DNA of 39,298 nt. Origin: Octopus sinensis (lineage: Eukaryota). Below are positions 32,543 through 39,298 of the stretch, in pieces; position 1 is the first letter of the stretch; every line of letters begins with the position of its first letter. The position numbers and the translations under genes were made by a program. The notes beneath the pieces are model-generated. The model did no database searches. It saw only the letters and a list, made by a program, of their open reading frames with translations, and was not told the origin of the DNA. The stretch covers positions 1 to 39,298 of the forward strand of contig NW_021835738.1 in the NCBI RefSeq assembly GCF_006345805.1. The letters run 5' to 3'.

Positions 32543-33090
32543 AGAAGCTTGCTTATCGACCATATGGTTCTGGGTTCAGTCCCACTGTGTGGAATCTTGG
32601 GCAAGTGTCTTCTACTATATCCTTGGGCCAACCAAAGCTTTGTAAGTGGATTTGGTAAATGGAAACTGAAAGAAGCCCATTGATTATATTTATGTATATA
32701 TCAATGTATGTATGTCCTTGTGTCTGTGTTTGTCCCCGCCCCCCACCACCACTTGACAAATGGTGCTGGTGTGTTTACATCCCCGTAACTTAGTGGTTCA
32801 GAAAAAAGAGACCGATACAATAAGTACCAGCTTAAAAATGTCCTTGGTCAATCTGTTCAATTGAAACCCTTCAAGGTGGTGCCCCAGCATGACCACAGTC
32901 AAATGTCTGAAACAATATACACACACAGACATAGACGATGGACTTGCTTCAGTTTCCATCTATCAAATCCACTCACAAGGTTTTGGTTAGCCTAGGGCTA
33001 TACTAGGAGACACTTGCTCAAAGTGCCACGCAGTGGGACTGAACCCAAGATCACATGATTAGGAAGGAAGGTTATTAACCACACCGTCGC
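32543..33090. mobile_element. SINE B (+, 32543-32915) followed by an inverted SINE B 5' half (-, 32935-33090)
   Basis: Second segment cagtttccatctatcaaatccactcacaagg is the reverse complement of the first copy's 5' half. Confidence 0.75.
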
Positions 33091-33150
33091 ACCTGTACCT
33101 GTTCTGCCCTGTGTATTGAATATCATCAACAGAGCAGACAGAATCAGTAA

Positions 33151-33432
33151 TCTTTATATATAAAAGAGAGGTTGTGTGCTGTCTGTCTCCTACGATTTAG
33201 ATTCCTAACTACTCCCACATTTTGCGGTGCAGTTTAACCAAAACCGGGTATCTTATAGTCGTGATTCATATCGAGCCCTTCTGGGTATTAGCGCGCGTCT
33301 ACGATGAGTCTACGATTTAAAAAATAATTTACCATCATTTTTTTCTTTTGCTATTTTTTGGCTATAACTCTCTAAAAATGCTTTATAGTTATTTCCCTTA
33401 CAAACCCGAGCAACGCCGGGCGATGCTGCTAG
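33151..33432 (+). mobile_element. Non-autonomous Helitron
   Basis: A|TCTTTATATATAAAA 5' end, subterminal hairpin CCCG-AGCAACGC-CGGG, CTAG|T 3' end, no TSD. Confidence 0.85.
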
Positions 33433-34067
33433 TTAATCCTAAAGCTTTAATCCCTTCTTATTGCTGCTGAACTTGTCACAGAACAACTGCTGTTCATGTT
33501 TCCATTAAAAATCAATTTGGTCCAACTGATGCCAATATGGAACGAGGATGATGAGGATGATGATAATGATGATGATGATCATTATGGCTTAAATATAAGC
33601 GTGCACAAATAAGCATTGGACTCGCATCTTTTGAAGCATTTTGATTTGCTCAGTAATGGAAAGATGGGAAGAATAAGACGGAAGGGAGATAGAAATCCTA
33701 GATTCCTTTCACTGTGAGCAATTTGCAGCACAATATTTGGAGACCAAATAAGAATTGGTAAAACATGGCACCATAAATGACAGAGAGGCTGGAATGACAA
33801 GATACTGGCGAGAAATATTATCATCATCATTTAGCATCTACTTTCCATGCTGGCATGGGTTGGACGGTTTCACTGAAGCTGGTAAGCCAGAGAGCTGCAC
33901 CAAGCTCCAACCTGATTTGGATTGGTTTCTACAACTGGATGCCCTTCCTAAAATCAACCACTCCAAGAGTGTTATTGATTCTTTTTTCATGCCACCAGCA
34001 CGGGTGCCAGTTGTGTGTCACCAATATCAGTTACAACACACACACACCACACACACATATATATATA

Positions 34068-34913
34068 TATAGAAATTAAATATAAAATATAAATACAAAG
34101 TGGGACAAGAACGCAAAAACACACAAAAGACGACACAAAAAAACGACGGGTCACTCGACGAAGCCTCTAATCTTCAGTCGGGAACCGGATAATCTTAGTA
34201 ATTTCGGCTGTTTAATCTCGATATTACTCCGACCCGGCCAGCCCCAAGGAAAATCCAAACCACAGGCATTGGATTTCTTGGAAAGAGGGTCGAATGTATA
34301 CGGAACAAAGACAGGATGCCACACGAATATAAATACAAGAAACAAAAATAGAAATAAAAAACAGAAATAAAAAACACGAATGGTGGACAGTACAAAGGAC
34401 TTACGACTTTAGACAATTTTTAACTTATCTTGGCTGGCGTATATGAAAAAAGCCTTTAACGGCAAAAACGGAAACAACGTTAACGTGGCCGCGGTCAGGC
34501 CGAAATGACCAGTTTGAACGCGGTCACGTGAGAGCACGGAAGAAAGAGAAAGAAAAAGAAAGGCAGGGAGCAAGGAATTAAAGAGAGAGGGAAAGAAAGG
34601 GATGAAGGCACCAGGGGAGAGAGAGAGAAGGGAGTAATAAGAGAGGGGAGAAGAAACAGGATTGGCACAGCAATAGAAATGACGGTGCAAATAAGGTGGG
34701 GGAAGAATCAGAGGCAAGAAAAGAGAAAGACACATACTATAGAGAGAGTGTGTGTAAAGACGTCGTACAAGGTAAAAATGTGTGTATACATAGGAGATAG
34801 GGGTACGTTACGCCGCAATAATATATGTATAGAAATTAAATATAAAATATAAATTACAAAGTTGGACAAGAACGCAAAAACACACAAAGAGACGACACAA
34901 AAAAAACAGACGG
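34068..34913 (-). mobile_element. Non-autonomous Penelope-like element with direct terminal repeats (pseudo-LTR arrangement)
   Basis: About 85-bp direct repeats at 34068-34149 and 34828-34913, no ORF. A related end fragment lies at about 10795-10930 (+). The Penelope assignment is inferred from architecture. Confidence 0.55.
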
Positions 34914-35042
34914 TATATATATATCAGTGCTATGCGAATTGGCACATATACATACCCTGGTGTCATGCCAGTGGCACGTGGAAGCACCTATTGCACTCTC
35001 AGTGTAGTTGACGTTAGGAAGGGCATCCAGCTGTAGAAAATC

Positions 35043-35225
35043 TTGGGCGAGTATACACAGTGCATCTCACTCAACAAGAGTGCTTCTACCTCTGTCTACT
35101 ACTGCTCAGAGGGCCAACGTGTTTCCAGGCCATAAAAACCGTTCATGGACATGTCTGCACAACATACAAGAAGCCTGCTATTGACAAGGTCTGTTGGAAG
35201 ATGGTGCACAATGGGATGCAACTTA
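35043..35225 (+). pseudogene. Helitron RepHel coding relic
   Basis: Translates to GRVYTVHLTQQECFYLCLLLLRGPTCFQAIKTVHGHVCTTYKK, then GLLEDGAQWD after a frameshift. This is a Helitron segment between the Rep and helicase domains. Confidence 0.8.
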
Positions 35226-35364
35226 ATTTAATTTCTGTAATTGAGCTAATTGGATATAGAAACGGCTGTAGAACAGGAGTTTCATTATATGGACTTGAAT
35301 GTCTTTGAATAAACTGATGTCTGCATGTCAATTTCTCCATTTACTTCCCTTTCTCATTCATATG

Positions 35365-35401
<37 letters not shown>

Positions 35402-35510
35402 ATACATATATATATATCCATATACACATAAATGTATATATATATTGTATGTATACATATATATATATATATGTATATATATAAGTATGTATACCACACA
35501 CCACACACAC

Positions 35511-35562
<52 letters not shown>

Positions 35563-35564
<2 letters not shown>

Positions 35565-36117
35565 ATCGTTCCGGAAGTGAACAAGAACGACAGATATCAT
35601 TATTTCACAGTCGTTTCAACTAATCAGAACTGTATACTCTATTCGCCTTCGAAACGCTGGCTTGAAGTGTATGCAGATAGTATAAAATCTATCCGCTGAT
35701 GTGTAAAAACCGCTACACAAGTAGAACAAAATACAAATTTTGTAATAGATGTAGTTCTATAATGAAAACGTAATCAGTGTCACATACTTAATATGTGTTT
35801 GTTGTTAAATGCATTTAGGTTGCGGTATTTTTTTCCAGAGAGGGTTTCTTTAAAGACGTAGAGTGCTAAAAACCCAGGCAATGTGGACGAGAACGACAGG
35901 TATAGATATTTCATAATTATTCCTGCTCATCAGTGCCGTATACTTACTTAGCCTTGTTTTATTTGTGACGCACTTTTGCACATCAGCAGATAGATTTTAT
36001 GATACCTTCAGGCGAAGGATTCGAATTCGCTTCGAGGTGAATCAAGTATACGGTACTGATGAGCAGAAATAACTGCGAACTATTCATATCTGGTGTTGTT
36101 CACTTCTAGGGCGATTA
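35563..36117. mobile_element. Old, diverged foldback element with about 200-bp imperfect arms and internal subrepeats
   Basis: taatcgttccggaagtgaacaa (35563-) versus ttgttcacttctagggcgatta (-36117). taaaatctatccgctgatgtg is mirrored by cacatcagcagatagatttta. Confidence 0.65.
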
Positions 36118-36274
36118 GTTTTGCCTGGCTTTGAATTATAATGTATATTTTTTTTATAACACTCCATGTCTTTAAAGAGACCTTCCCTGCAAAAATTACC
36201 GTAGCGTAAGAATGTTTAGCAACGCGTGGCACATTAAGTGCATGACATTGATAACAAAGATATAGACTGACAGA

Positions 36275-36424
36275 TATGCACACACACACACACACACACA
36301 CCACACACACACACCACACACACACACGCACACACACACACACCACACACACACTCACACACACACACACACATTAATACATATATAATGTATATATGTA
36401 CACACACATATATATAAATATTAT

Positions 36425-36455
<31 letters not shown>

Positions 36456-36719
36456 CATATATATATAGATAGATATACAAAACATATATATATATATATA
36501 TATAGATAGATAGATAGATATACAAAACATATATATATATATATATACGTATAAGTATATATATGCTCCACCATAAAAACACACACACACACACGAGCCT
36601 ATTTATTAAAGCTGAGAAAAATCACTTTTCAGTTTTAATAAATAGTATATTACTCTACCTTTGGTATTCGAGTACTATTTTTTCCACCTTATTTTGCATT
36701 TTATGTGCTTACTTGTGCT

Positions 36720-36751
<32 letters not shown>

Positions 36752-37546
36752 CGTGCGTGTGCGTGTGTGTGTCCGCATGCCTATTTTGTTCTCGGTACTG
36801 CCGTGATCAACTCTCACCACTACCACCACCACTACAACCACCACCACCCAATCACCCGACCAACCAACCAGCCAACCAGCTTCCAACACCAGCTATTTGT
36901 TTCACGAAACCCCCCCCTCCACGTCCTTCTCCACCTCCTCCTCCTCCTCGTCCAGCTCCTCTTGTCCCACCCCATCCCACCCTCCCCCCACGTACATGTG
37001 ATTAATCTACCGCAAGCATACACAAAGGACCACTTCAAACTCTTACACACACACACACACGTGTATATTCCTACGTACGCGCACGCACACAAACATACAC
37101 ACACACACGTCGTGTATATTCCTACGTACGCGCACGCACGCAAACATACACACACACGCACACACATTCGCACATACATACACAGACACACGTATATGTA
37201 CATATACAGACGTACGAACACGCGTCCACACACACACATGTATAGATATACCTTTACATACACGCACGCACACATACATGTACACACGCGCACTCACACT
37301 CACACAGATACTAACTACACACACACACACACTCACACAGATACTAACTACACATACACACACCCTCACACAGATGCTCACACGCACACTCACACAGATA
37401 CTGAGGTACACATACACACACCCTCACACACACACACACACTCAAACACAAACACACATACACACATACACACATACACAGATACTGACTACACATACAC
37501 ACACCCTCACACAGATGCTCACACACACACACACAACACACACACA

Positions 37547-37588
<42 letters not shown>

Positions 37589-37860
37589 CCACTCTTTCCA
37601 TAAACATGATGAAGAAGCAACCAATCCAGAGGTATTGTTGCGTGCAGTTTAACACGGGGTAGATTTAGTAGTCGAGTACACGAAGACCGGGATAAAAGTG
37701 CAGCCCCTGCGTGCGCGCGCGCACGCGTGTGTGTACGTGTGTGTGTGGTTGTGTGTGTGTGTGTGTTGCGGGCGGATTGTTCTGAGAATTAATTTGTGTT
37801 AGATGGACGGACAGAGGAAGGAGGAAGTGAGAGCAGGGTTTGTTCAAAGATGATGTAAGA

Positions 37861-37897
<37 letters not shown>

Positions 37898-38150
37898 ATG
37901 TGTGTGTACGTGTGTGTGAGTATTCGTTGGCGTGTATATAAATATATAAATATGAATCTAAATTTGCGTCTGTGTATGTACGCACATTTATATTTGTATG
38001 TATATATATATACATTATATACATTATATACATATATATATATATATATACATACATATATATATATACATGCATATATATATACATATATATATACATA
38101 CATATTTATATATACACACATATACATACATACATACATATATATATTCT
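36275..38150. repeat. Large compound (CA)n/(TA)n/(TG)n low-complexity region with short degenerate minisatellite units (cacacagatact(a/g)actacacatacacacac)
   Basis: Directly visible. It is the source of the H/T- and C/V-rich ORFs. Confidence 0.9.
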
Positions 38151-38154
38151 TTTT

Positions 38155-38368
38155 CTTTCTTTTACTTATTTCAGTCATTTGACTTAAAAGAGTTTTTTTG
38201 TTTTTAGTCGAAGAATTTGACTCCGTGGCTTATTCTTTGTAAGCGTAGTACTTATTCTATCGGTCTCTTTTGCCGAACCGCTAGGATACGGGGACATTAA
38301 CACACCAGCATCAGTTGTCAAGTGATGGTAGATGGAGGGGAACAAACACAGGCACACACAGAAACTCA

Positions 38369-38422
<54 letters not shown>

Positions 38423-38590
38423 ACACACACACACTCACACACACACACACACACACACGACGGGCTTCTTTCAGTTTCTGTCTTCCAAATCCATTCAGAT
38501 AGCTTTGGTCGGGCCGAGGCTATAGAGGAAGACACTTTCCCAAGATGCCATGCAGTGGGACTGAACGTGGAGCCATATGGTTGGGAGGTA
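38155..38590 (-). mobile_element. SINE B with expanded internal (CA)n
   Basis: tttacttatttcagtcatttgac...ccatgcagtgggactgaac. Confidence 0.8.
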
Positions 38591-38612
38591 GCTTATATAT
38601 AATATATATATA

Positions 38613-38652
<40 letters not shown>

Positions 38653-39247
38653 GGTAGATGATTTCGGCAAAAATTTAGATTCAGATGAATATGGTACTTA
38701 AGTTGAGGCACCAGAATTTAGTACAGTATTATCCATACAATTTCAAAATAAAACATCTTGTTTTAAGATTTCCTTTACCAAACCTCATGATATTGCTTCT
38801 AATAAATCTTGATTTTTATGACTATACCAACTATGATGTCGGCTGCTCCCTCAGCCCTACCCCTAACAGATACTGTCCTCTGTTCTATCAACCTTAGATA
38901 TACAAGGATTTGATAAACTAGTCTATAAATTAAAACTGACCCCATAAAAACAAAAAAAAATCAGTGACAAGCAGAGTCTGTAACAATGTATATCTTCTGG
39001 AAAAGCTTAGTAACTTCTATGCTAGAGTAAGAACAGCATGTTCTTTGTCTATCTCCTTAACTTCTTGGAGATTTTAGGTATAATTATACTAATGTGTCTA
39101 TCTGTTCTAATTTAATTAAATTCTATGTCTTTGTGCAGCTGAAGATTGCTCTGCATTTTAAATTGATGTAATGAAATGATTGCATTGTTCAATTAAATGG
39201 TGTTGCATGAAACGATCGTACTGCATTACCTCTGGATATCCTTGTTA

Positions 39248-39298
<51 letters not shown>

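Noticed and set aside
36661-37005. Proline-rich ORF (PLPPPLQPPPPNHP...PPPPRPSPPPPPPRP)
   Set aside because: It is made of CCA/CCT low-complexity repeats between (TG)n and (CA)n tracts, with no acceptor or plausible start.

Overview
AT-rich, microsatellite- and SINE-dense eukaryotic DNA. The repeat landscape looks like an octopus (coleoid cephalopod) genome; this is inferred from repeat style, not from a database match. One complete protein-coding gene can be assembled by hand: DXO (Dom3Z/Rai1-family decapping exoribonuclease) on the minus strand. It has 7 coding exons from ATG 28394 to TGA 14846, all introns are GT-AG with matching phases (2,1,1,2,0,2), and the CDS is 1218 nt (405 aa) with all catalytic motifs present. 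The rest is transposon-derived or simple repeat: at least five SINE-like families (labelled A-E here, my own labels), a 5'-truncated CR1/L2-type LINE with a long RT ORF in DXO intron 3, R4/Dong-like, RTE, hAT and Helitron coding relics, non-autonomous Helitrons, Penelope-like ends and several foldback/MITE elements. I see no prokaryotic, CRISPR or defence system and no convincing new multi-gene system. The best second-look items are a LINE/SINE shared 3' tail with a sequence-divergent but structure-conserved hairpin, a TSD-bounded SINE trimer with a junction that recurs elsewhere, a Merlin-like foldback 325 bp upstream of the DXO start, an isolated pre-miRNA-like hairpin, and DXO splice acceptors built on trinucleotide microsatellites.
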